Shown here in pieces: positions 7,780 through 18,200 of a stretch of 64,000 bases of DNA. Source of the stretch: Clostridium sp. CAG:524 (lineage in GTDB: Bacteria > Bacillota_I > Bacilli_A > RF39 > UBA660); contig FR880111.1 in assembly GCA_000434555.1 (NCBI GenBank), forward strand, positions 2,161 through 66,160. Direction: 5' to 3'. The notes under the pieces were generated by a model. It was not told the DNA's origin. It saw nothing but the letters and a program-made list of their open reading frames with translations, and made no database searches. Made by a program: the position numbers and the translations under genes. The stretch's first letter is position 1. Each line of letters begins with the position of its first letter.

Positions 7780-8892
7780 ATGAATAAGAATGAATTATTA
7801 AATTTATTAGATGACACTGATAGTAAAGCTATAGAACAATTTTGTGGTTCGAATGATTCACATGTTGTTATTAATTCATCTTTTCAAAGTGTTGAATATG
7901 ATTATTCATGGATAGATAAGATAGAAGAAACACTTGTATATCTAGATAATATCATTAGAAATCCTAAAAGATTTATCATGCAGGAAGAAGAAGTTGTTCC
8001 TGTTGAAAAAGCTAAAAAAATAAGTCAAGAAACAATTAAACATTTAGCTCAACATACAGATTTAATACAAGATGTAGACGAAGATGGTACTATTACACCA
8101 AGTAAAGTACTTAACGTACATAAAGAAGAAAGTTTTGATATTTATGAGAATAGATTTATAATTTCACTCTTAAATAATCTAAATTACTTCTTTACTTTAA
8201 GAAAACAAGTTACAGCAAGTGGCAGTTATGCTAAAAAGAAAAAAGTAATGACTTACACAGGTAAAACTAAACTTGGTAATGAAGAAGTAAATATAAGTTT
8301 AAATATGCAAACAAACTTCTCTGAAGATTTAGGTGGTGTTTCAAGCAGTGGTGAATCAATCGAACAAAGAATTGCTAAAATAGAATTAGTAGTAGGAGAT
8401 TTCTTAAAAACACCATTTGTAAAAGAATTAGCTAACGCAGCACCTGTTAAATCACCAATAAGAAAAACAAACACTATACTTAAGAATCCTAACTTTCAAA
8501 AAGCATTAGAATTATGGGAATTTATTGAACAATATGACGTTAAAGATAAAAAAGAAACAAATGACTCTAAAGAAAGTGTTGATGAAGAAAAAACTAAAAA
8601 TAGAATGGATGGAGCATTCTTTTTAGATTATGTTATTCTAAATGAACTTGATAATAATAAAACATATAAAAAAGATCAAATAAATAGATATGCTCTTAAG
8701 AAATTAATGGAAGACTTTATCGCTAATAATAGAAATCATTCTATGAAAGAATTTAAGAAAATATTACAAGAAGAATTTAAACTCGCATTAGAAAAAGAAG
8801 AAAAAACAGATAAAGAAATTATTAAGAGATTTAAAAATTTATTAAAACATTATAGAAAAAATAAACAAGATGCATTTGCATATTTGAGGTAA
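7780..8892 (+). CDS. Partner of the McrB-like NTPase; weak McrC/DUF2357-like N-terminal motif, no recognisable nuclease domain
   Basis: 15 nt downstream of the NTPase gene. The FDIYENRFIISLLNNL motif resembles the D.xENRf block of McrC/DUF2357-type partners. The C-terminal third is Lys/Glu-rich and probably helical. I see no convincing PD-(D/E)xK motif and no TM. Confidence 0.45.
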   Translation: MNKNELLNLLDDTDSKAIEQFCGSNDSHVVINSSFQSVEYDYSWIDKIEETLVYLDNIIRNPKRFIMQEEEVVPVEKAKKISQETIKHLAQHTDLIQDVDEDGTITPSKVLNVHKEESFDIYENRFIISLLNNLNYFFTLRKQVTASGSYAKKKKVMTYTGKTKLGNEEVNISLNMQTNFSEDLGGVSSSGESIEQRIAKIELVVGDFLKTPFVKELANAAPVKSPIRKTNTILKNPNFQKALELWEFIEQYDVKDKKETNDSKESVDEEKTKNRMDGAFFLDYVILNELDNNKTYKKDQINRYALKKLMEDFIANNRNHSMKEFKKILQEEFKLALEKEEKTDKEIIKRFKNLLKHYRKNKQDAFAYLR

Positions 8893-8896
8893 TAAG

Positions 8897-10054
8897 ATGA
8901 ATAAGGATATGAATAAGAAAATTAGTAGTACAATTATTAAAATGATAGCTATAATTGTTTCTATCTTTGTTTTTTCTTATGCATGGTTTGTTCATAATGA
9001 AAATACTCACATTAATGCAATTGAGATTGGAACTGCTAAAACTAACAATATTCAAGTTAGTGAGGATGGTGGTAATAATTGGGGTACTTCTCTTAGTATA
9101 GATGTTGGAGAAGGGTTCAGATTTGATAATGAAGTTACAAGTGATGGTATTAATTTTTATAAAGCTAATCTTAAAAATGATGATGGCTATCCTCTTCATT
9201 TTATAAATGCTACTGTTAATAAAGATTATTTAGATTTTGATTTATGGTTTAAAAATGATACAAGTGTTAAATTATTTTTAGACGATAATTCAAGAGTTTA
9301 TCCAGAATGTGGTACTGATGAATCAGATTTGATATGGGATGAAGTTACTGGTAGTTTAGATTCTATAACAAGAGTTAGTGCCTATGGTAACTTTAGTAGA
9401 GATTTAATCGCAGGAGCAGTTAGAGTTGCATTTATAAAATATAATTATGATGAAGAAAATGATGAATATATTTTAGACAATACACCTAGTCTTGTATGGG
9501 CACCTAATCCTAATTATGAAATTATATCAAATGGAGAAGATTTACTTACAGCATCAATTACATCAACTAATAAACAAAGTTATAAATATTTAAAAGTAAA
9601 TAGTGGAAGTAATTTTGTAGAAAGTGATATTCCTAATTTAATAGATACTATTCATGCTAAATATAGTAGTAAAATGGCTAATGGAGATACGCCACTTGTT
9701 ACTATTGAAACTACAGATGGAGTAGAAAAAAAAGCTGGATTAAAAATAAGAGTATGGGTAGAAGGAAATGATAGAGATGCTAATAGTGCTTTAAAAGGTG
9801 GCATATTTAAATTTGATTTATCATTCATAGGATTACAAAAGAAAGATAACACTAATATTCCAAATGTAAGTAAAAATGGTAATTCAATAAGTGGTATCAA
9901 TAATACCATGGAATATTCAATAGATAATGGAAATAAATGGATAAGATATAATGGCAGTGATGATTTATCATTTAAAAGTGGTACTCATGTATTAGTTAGA
10001 TATAGTGAAACTAGTGATTACTTTGTATCTAATTATGTGGAACTAGATTTTTAA
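8897..10054 (+). CDS. SipW-dependent-type signal peptide protein, locus-A paralog
   Basis: Signal segment is IIKMIAIIVSIFVFSYAWFVHNENTH. Motif LKIRVWVEGNDRDANSALKGG is present. An extra C-terminal module (ISGINNTMEYSIDNGNKWIRY...VLVRYSE) is shared with the 10065 product. Only 4 nt separate it from the previous gene. Confidence 0.7.
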   Translation: MNKDMNKKISSTIIKMIAIIVSIFVFSYAWFVHNENTHINAIEIGTAKTNNIQVSEDGGNNWGTSLSIDVGEGFRFDNEVTSDGINFYKANLKNDDGYPLHFINATVNKDYLDFDLWFKNDTSVKLFLDDNSRVYPECGTDESDLIWDEVTGSLDSITRVSAYGNFSRDLIAGAVRVAFIKYNYDEENDEYILDNTPSLVWAPNPNYEIISNGEDLLTASITSTNKQSYKYLKVNSGSNFVESDIPNLIDTIHAKYSSKMANGDTPLVTIETTDGVEKKAGLKIRVWVEGNDRDANSALKGGIFKFDLSFIGLQKKDNTNIPNVSKNGNSISGINNTMEYSIDNGNKWIRYNGSDDLSFKSGTHVLVRYSETSDYFVSNYVELDF

Positions 10055-10064
10055 GAGGTGTATT

Positions 10065-11114
10065 ATGAGTAATAAGTCATTTTTTAAAATTATATTGTTA
10101 ATTGGATTTACAGTTATTCTTATAATAAGTTCTTATGCATGGTTTCAAGATAGATCTAATCCATCTATAAGCTTATCTAATATTCAAGTTTCAGCAGCAG
10201 AAGGTCTTGTTATTAAATTACAACCGGATAGTGCAGCAAGAAATACTGTTAGTTTAAATAGTGTTCTTGAAAATTTTAATGAATTTGAACTTAAACAAGT
10301 GTCAAGTGTTGATGCAGTTAATTTCTATACGATAGACTTTAACGAAGGTTTAACTTTAACTGACCCAGAATTTATAAAACTTCCTGAAGTAAATGGTAGT
10401 GTATCTCAAATGATTGAAAATGGTTATATTGATTTTACTTTCTATTTACAAACTGAAGATTATCCAAAACATGTATATGTACATAGAGATACATCTGTTA
10501 CAGGTCCTGCTTATGATGCCCTTAGAATAGCACTTACTTATCCAACCACAGATAATACAACATCAACAATTATATTTGGAAAAACACCTGAAAATGGTAT
10601 TACAGATGAATATACTACAAATGCAATTATAACAGCAGGTAAGTTTAAATTTGGTAATATACCTAGTAGTTTCTATACAACACAACTTGTTCGTAATTTT
10701 AGTTATAAAGATGGTGGAAGAAGTAATAGCGATAGTGATACGATTGATACTAATAAAGTATTATTTACAATACCAGCTAATAGTAGAATGGCTATAAATT
10801 TGAAAATATGGTTAGAAGGCGGAGATATAGATTGCACCAATGCACTTGCATCAACATTTCTAAATGTATTATTTAAATTTGGTAGTGCTAATGAATTACT
10901 AGCAGCTCCAACATTAACAGGAAATTCTAACTATACAATAACTGGCCTTGATACTACAATGGAATGGGCCACAACAAATACAACAACAACAGTATGGACA
11001 CCTGTAACAAATAGTAATATGCAATTTACCGGTTATCAATCAGTATATGTTAGAATTAAAGAAGTAGTAGGTGTTTCACCAGAAAGTTATGCTACTCTTG
11101 TAACATTCCAGTGA
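10065..11114 (+). CDS. SipW-dependent-type signal peptide protein, locus-A paralog
   Basis: Signal segment is IILLIGFTVILIISSYAWFQDRSNPS. Motif INLKIWLEGGDIDCTNALAS is present. The C-terminal module is ITGLDTTMEWATTN...VYVRIKE. Confidence 0.7.
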   Translation: MSNKSFFKIILLIGFTVILIISSYAWFQDRSNPSISLSNIQVSAAEGLVIKLQPDSAARNTVSLNSVLENFNEFELKQVSSVDAVNFYTIDFNEGLTLTDPEFIKLPEVNGSVSQMIENGYIDFTFYLQTEDYPKHVYVHRDTSVTGPAYDALRIALTYPTTDNTTSTIIFGKTPENGITDEYTTNAIITAGKFKFGNIPSSFYTTQLVRNFSYKDGGRSNSDSDTIDTNKVLFTIPANSRMAINLKIWLEGGDIDCTNALASTFLNVLFKFGSANELLAAPTLTGNSNYTITGLDTTMEWATTNTTTTVWTPVTNSNMQFTGYQSVYVRIKEVVGVSPESYATLVTFQ

Positions 11115-11122
11115 GGTAGCAT

Positions 11123-11698
11123 ATGAAAAAGATATCAATATTATTAAGTATATTAGTTATAATCTTACTTACAGTAAGCGCATATGCATGGATGCAAACA
11201 GAACCATCACTAGGAGAAAATATAGAATATAATAGAGATTTCTATGTAACTGATAGTGATATACAAGTTAAACTATATGCACTTATTGATAATAAATATG
11301 TTTTACAAGGACAATATTCAGACGATGAATTATTAAATTTAGACTTAATGTATCCAGGTAAAACACAAAGATATAGATTTGAACTTACTAATATTAATCC
11401 AACACCAGCAAGAGTAAAGATAGTATTTACAGAAATAACTGGAAATATAAATTTACTTAAAAATTATTTAAAGATAGGTATTACTAATCCAATAATTGAT
11501 AACTTTAAATTATCAGACAGATTAGAACATAATGAAGAGGATGATAGATACTTCTTTGATTTTGCAAATAGTGTTACTATCCCAGCAGAATCAACACTTA
11601 ATTATTATTGGAATCTAGAAATAGACATAGATGCTCCAAATTCATTACAAAATACAAATTTAAAGATTAACAAAATTATGTTTATAAAACCATCATAA
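11123..11698 (+). CDS. Small SipW-dependent-type signal peptide protein (TasA/camelysin-like beta-sandwich size)
   Basis: Signal segment is ISILLSILVIILLTVSAYAWMQTEPS. The protein is 191 aa. YPGKTQRYRFELTNINPTPARVKIVF resembles the PG..-containing strand of TasA-family proteins. Confidence 0.6.
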   Translation: MKKISILLSILVIILLTVSAYAWMQTEPSLGENIEYNRDFYVTDSDIQVKLYALIDNKYVLQGQYSDDELLNLDLMYPGKTQRYRFELTNINPTPARVKIVFTEITGNINLLKNYLKIGITNPIIDNFKLSDRLEHNEEDDRYFFDFANSVTIPAESTLNYYWNLEIDIDAPNSLQNTNLKINKIMFIKPS

Positions 11699-11714
11699 TT
11701 TAGAAAGGATTCAT

Positions 11715-12260
11715 ATGAAAAAAGTAATAAAGAAAATATTAAACATACTCAAAATAATTATATTAATATTACTAATACTATTTGCACTATTCACAGTATA
11801 TCAAAAAGTATTTCCTAATAATCCTAGTGCTTTTGGATTTAGAACTTATTCTATTATTACTAAAAGTATGGAACCAGTTCTAAAAAAAGGAGATGTAATA
11901 CTCGTTCAAGAAAGAAATACAAGTTCATATAAAGTAGGAGATATAATTACATTTAAGGGAACGAGCGGAGACTTAAAAGGAAAGATAGTTACACATGAAA
12001 TAGTTGGAATTAAACTAGAAAATGGAAAAAATATATTCTATACTAAAGGTATACAAAATATAAGTGAAGACCCAGCTGTTTATGAAGATGAAATATTAGG
12101 AAAATATATATATAAATTTAAATTCTTTAGTTTAATAGAAAGAATAATGGATACTAAAATAGGATTTATATTAATTATAATAATTCCACTAGGATATATT
12201 TATTTTTATGAAATTAGAGATATAATTAAAGATATAAAAAATATTAAGAATAAGGAGTAA
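11715..12260 (+). CDS. Signal peptidase I, SipW/ER-archaeal type (copy 2, diverged)
   Basis: N-terminal TM. Ser box is KSMEPVL and His box is IVTHEIV. The GDN box is replaced by TKGIQNISEDP. C-terminal TM is IGFILIIIIPLGYIYF. Confidence 0.75.
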   Translation: MKKVIKKILNILKIIILILLILFALFTVYQKVFPNNPSAFGFRTYSIITKSMEPVLKKGDVILVQERNTSSYKVGDIITFKGTSGDLKGKIVTHEIVGIKLENGKNIFYTKGIQNISEDPAVYEDEILGKYIYKFKFFSLIERIMDTKIGFILIIIIPLGYIYFYEIRDIIKDIKNIKNKE

Positions 12261-12267
12261 CATATAC

Positions 12268-15200
12268 ATGAAAGATAGCATTAATAAAATTTATAATGCG
12301 ATTATCAATTATATAATTGATTTCTTTCATGTGTTTAAAAAAAGATTTAATAAATTTAAAAGAAAAACTAAACGTAAACTTAGAAAACTATATTATTATG
12401 AAATACTTGGTGTTATAGCTGTATCAGTTTACTTCTATAGATTCTTATGTAAGATATATAAAAAGCCTATATTTAAAAAGTTTAGAAATAAAAGTAAACT
12501 TTTATATAAGAAATCTCTTGTTAAACTTGAAAAAGCTAAATATGATTATGAAACATATTTACTTGAGATAAGATATGATACTAAAGATAAAATGGATAAT
12601 GTAAAGAATAAATATTCTAAATATTGTACTAAAAGAATTCTTGCGAAAAGTTTTGTATTAATAGCTTTATCTGTATTTTTGATATATGATACATATTCAT
12701 GGTTCTATAATGAATATGTAAGTAAGGGTACTAAGATTAGTTTGGGTACAGTAGAACATATAGTTAATCAATATGATAAGAATGGTAATTTAATTGGAAT
12801 AGAAGGAGATATTGTTACTGTTGTTGAAGAAGATAACTTAGCAAATACTTTTAAGAATACAAGATATGTTGAAATAAAAAATACTGGTTCTCTTAACTTA
12901 GATTATAATTTAACATTTACATTAGATGGTACTATGTCTAATGCTGGTGTACTTTATTATAGAGTAATTGATATTACTGAAGATGTAATTAATACTACTA
13001 TTACAAGTGGTTCTAATACTAAACTTGAAGCTTATGCTAAAAATAATCCAACACCTAATAATCTTGAAACAGATGCAGTTAATCCAGTTTCAAATATGAC
13101 AACAATACCACAAGTATTAATAAAAGGTGAAATTGATAAAGATGAAGATAACCTTGAAAATAATTATAGATATTTTAGAATAGATTATGGTATGTATCAA
13201 AGTGTTAATTCTGCACTTTATTCTGGTGCTTCAGTTGCTGTTCATGCAAAGGTGTATTGTACTCAAAGAGGAATAGACGCAAGCCTTATAAATGAAGGAC
13301 AAATATGGTTAGTTGAAAATGAAGAACAATTTAGAGATGCAGTACTTAATGCTTTAAGTGGAGATACAATTAAACTAGCAGATGACATTACTATAAATGG
13401 AAGTGTAGATTTACAAAGAAGAGTTGGTATAGATGTAGATACATATAATTTACATGTTACTGGAGATCTTGTTTATGATTTTGTAGAACTTGGTAAACTA
13501 AAGATTGATACATCTAAAGGCGGTAAAATAGATGTAGATAGTAGACTATATGTAAATGCTCCTAAATCACAAATACATTTTACAGGTCTTAATAAAGACT
13601 ATGATATTTTTGTAGGAGGAGAATTTACTGTAAATGGTATACAAAATGAAGAAGAAGATGGAGTCCTTTTAGAAGCAGTAAGAATTGTTAAAAATAAGAT
13701 AGGTAATATTCCAGCAGATATAATAGTACTATCAAATACAAGACTTACTATTGCACCTAATGTAGAACTTAATTATGTAATTGGTGCTCCTGGAAGTACA
13801 AACATAGAAATATTAAACAATGGTACAATTACTCAAATACAATTACAAGATATGAATCTTATTGATTCATTCTCAAAATATCAAATATATATTTACAACT
13901 TAAATACAATACTTGGAGTACTTGGAGGTTCATCAATAATCTTACCATCAAACTCAACTCCATATACAGGACCTAATACAGGTAATACATTAATTATAAG
14001 AGGAGTTAGTTCAAATGATATAACTGTTTCAGGTAGTGATCACTATACTGGAGATGATATCAATCAAGGAGCTCCAGAAGATTCAGTCGTACCAATACAA
14101 GGAGAAGTAGATTCATATTATGTTTATATAAGAGATAATAAAGAAACTTTAGAAGGACTTTTAAAAGCATATTTTGATGAAATAGATGCGGCTACTACAA
14201 CTGATAAAATAACCGCTATTAAAAAGTTAGTAATTTATACATTAAATCAAGCATATTTTGAAAATGATGACTTCAATTATATAGCAAGTGATGCAATGCC
14301 TAATATAGAATATTTAGGACTTCAAAATGCAACAATAAGTGATAATAAAACAATTAATAAAATAGCTAGTAATACATTAAAAGATAAAACATCAATAAAA
14401 ACATTAATATTATCAAAAACACTTACTACTATTGGTGATAATGCATTTGCAAATGTTAACTTAGGTAGAATAAGTACTAATAGAACATTTAGATTTTTAT
14501 CAATACCAAGTTCAGTTACAAGTATAGGTTCAGGAGCCTTCAAAAATGCAAAATATGTTAACTTTGAAGGACAAATACCTCCATCAGTTGCAAGTGGAGC
14601 ATTTAACAATGTATCTAATGGTACAAAATTCTTTGTTCCAGAAGGAGCAATAACAGCATATAGAGATGCTAATAACATTAATGAAGCATATATATATTAT
14701 GCAGCAACACTATCAGACAATAAAAGATATTTCTTATATGATTATAAAGATGGATATGGAATATCATACTTTATAAATAGTGTATCTGTTGGATCTAATT
14801 TAACAATACCAAATACAATAACTATGAATTCTATTACTAAAGACATAACCGCTCTTGGATATAATTCATATAGAAATTTAATTACACCAGCAACAGGTAC
14901 TAGTGTAGTTATTCCAAATACAGTTAAATTAATAGATAGTTATGCATTCTATGAAGATAATATAATAGATATAAATTTATCTAATGTTGAAATAATTAAT
15001 TCCTATGCATTCTACAAAACAAAACTTACTAAACTAGAATCTAATACAATAACTACTATTGGAGACTATACTTTCTATGAAAATCCTATTACATATATAT
15101 CACTTGGTAAAATAGAAAAAATAGGTAAATATGCATTTACTAATAATACAACATTATATGAAATGGATTTAGGTCCAGTTAAGAGTATAGGTGATTATGC

Positions 15201-18200
15201 ATTTTATAATTGTCCTCAACTCGGTAGAGTATGGTTTAGAAATATGACTACTGTTGTTGTTAACAATGGTAAAAGTATAGACCTAACAGTTGGTGAAAAT
15301 GCTGTATTTACTAATTGGGGAATGTATCTTGATGGAAGACTTAGGGTATATGTTCCAGATGGTAATGATAGTGAAGGATTTAATTATCTTGAAGGATATA
15401 AAAAATTATTCCAAGGAAGTAGTGCATTTATTTATCCAATGGGAACTATTATTGGTAACTATAAACATGTAGCTATACCTTATGATTGGGGAGAATATAG
15501 TGTTAAAACTGTTACTAAGAAAAATGGTGCTGGAAATGATGTTACAGCTTATGAAATAATAGAATATCATGGAGCTGATTTAACAAGTAGTTATCAACTT
15601 CCAGATATAATAACTGTAGGTGATGGACTTAGTGCTTCAATAAGTGGTAATTCATGGCAACAAGGTACTGGATATAGATATGGTGGAACACTTACTATAA
15701 CAAATAATATGGATACAGCTGTTACAGATTGGACAGTTAGATTAGCACTCCCAGATGGCGTTACATGGGGAAGTACATACACAAATGCAGTAGAAAATAT
15801 AGATGGAAATATAGTAACATTATCTAATGCAACGTATAATGGAACAATAAATCCAAATAGTAGTATAAATATATCGTTCTATTATGATACAATTAGTCAA
15901 AGCCTAAGTGCATCAATACTTAGTACTTATTCCTCTAGTACACCAATCATGAATATAATATCAATAGGAAAATATGCTTATAGACATACAATTTCAAAAG
16001 AAAATCAAACAATAGATTTAGTCGCAAATAACTTACTTAACATTGATGCCCATGGTTTAGAAAACATTAGTGTTAAATCGCTTACATCAAGTAGTTTAGT
16101 ATCCATAGGTGATTATGGACTTTATAATACAGCACTTCAAATAGTAACACTTCCTAATCTAAATTCACTAGGTAATTATGCTATGTCAGGAATGGATACA
16201 CTATATAGCGTTAACTTAGGTAATATAAGAGTTATGGGAGAGAATGCTATTAGTAATAATCCTAACTTAGAACAAGTATTCATAGGTACAACTGATACAG
16301 ATAATATGTCAGTTCATAGTACTGCAATGAGTAATATAGGTGCTAACACTAATAATAGACTTAGAATATATGTACCTGATACAAAATTAGATTTCTATAA
16401 AACATTATTTAGTACATATTCTGATTATATTTATCCAACTGGTACAATAGTAGGAAGTTTCGTTAATACACCAATTCCATTTGACATAGGAGAATATAGT
16501 GTACGTGAAATTACTGTTAAAGATAGAAATAATAATGATGTAACAGGTTATGAAATAATAGAATATCATGGACCGGATATATCAAATACATTCATGATAC
16601 CAGAAACAGTTACAATAAATGGAGAACAAAAAGATATTATATCTATAGGTTCTTATGCATTTAAACATACAAAAGTAAATGGTACTGGTAGTGATATTAT
16701 TAACAATAAATTGTTAGTTATTAATGATCATGCATTCGAAAATATTAAAGCCATAAATTCATTTACTTCAAATAGCTTACTTGATTTAAAAAGCTATGCA
16801 TTTAATAATGGAAGCCTTATATCTGTAAATACACCTAATTTAAGAAGTATTGGATCATATGCTCTTGCTAATATGAATGGTTTATATAAAATAAATCTTG
16901 GTAAAGTATATAATATGGAAGCAAATTCAGTATATAACTTACCAAACTTAGTTCAAATATTCTTTACACCTCCAGAAGAAACTAAAGTATTTGATCAGTA
17001 TGCATTTACTGATGTAGGAACTCTTACAAGTAATAGAATAAGATTTTATGTTGCTGAATCAGTAATAAGTAGTGAAACACAAATTCCAACTACAACAGCT
17101 ATCAATGTTACAGATACATGTAATAGAACATTAACAAACAGAAGATATACTTATACATGTACAGTTACTGTTAGAAATAATACAGGACATGAATTATCTA
17201 ACTGGACAACATCAATACATCTAGGTAATGTTTCTTTCCAATCTGCAACAGATGTTTCATATGAAAATTCATCATCAAGTGTTAAATTTACCAATACAAG
17301 CGCAAATGGTAATTTAGCAAACGGAGAAAGTACAACATTTACATTTGTAGTTAGATCTAATAATAACTATTCAGCTTGGACTTACTTAAACAACCATTTA
17401 TTTGATTCAACTGGTACATACTATACAACTAATACAACAACTAAAAATGATTATTTAACTGATATATATGCTAATTCATTTAGGACAGAATATAAAGATT
17501 ATTTCTATGATTATGGAACAATACTTGGTGATTATAGTAGTTCATCAATGCCATATAATATAGGTGAATATAGCGTTATATTAAGAGACCACACTACTAA
17601 ATCTGGCGAAACAGTTACAGGATGGGAAATAGTTGAATATCATGGTGCTAACTTAAATTCAAGGTATATAATACCAACATCGCTTACAGTAGATGACAAA
17701 ACTTATGATGTTATTGGAATAGGTGATAGAGCATATAGATGGGCTACAATGGATTCAGGAGGACAATTTGATATTGTTACTACATCTATTAGATATGTTT
17801 ATGAATATGCATTTTATAATTTAAATGGTGTTCATGAAATTAATTTACCTAACACTGACTTTATTGGAAATTATGCATTCTTTAATAATAAATTATATAA
17901 AGCAACAACAACTAGTTTAATTGAACTTGGTGCCTATGCTTACGCTAACAACACAAGTCTTAATTATGTAAATGCGGGACCAGTTACAAGTATAGGTGAA
18001 GGTGCATTCTATGGATGTATAGGCATGGAGCAAATGTTCTTCACATCAACTGAAGCTGATAGTGGCGCAAGTGGAATGAAAATAGGAGTAGGAGTTAACT
18101 CATTCTATAATGTAGGTACTACTCTTGGAAAAAGATTTAGAATTTATGTTCCAGATGGAACAATAGGTACTTCTGATGTTACATATCAAGAAGCATATAA

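Noticed and set aside
6184-8892. Classification as an ordinary McrBC type IV restriction system.
   Set aside because: The NTPase has a TM anchor and coiled coil in place of a DNA-binding domain. The partner shows no PD-(D/E)xK motif that I can see. The pair is translationally embedded in a secretion operon. I kept it as a finding with the defence reading as an alternative, not as a called restriction system.
14322-14678. 118-aa antisense ORF inside the giant adhesin gene. The 119-aa ORF at 51359-51718 and the 126-aa ORF at 55245-55625 are of the same kind.
   Set aside because: They are longer than the others but fully antisense to well-supported genes. They are hydrophobic and low-complexity, with no start context. 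I treat them as frame artefacts.
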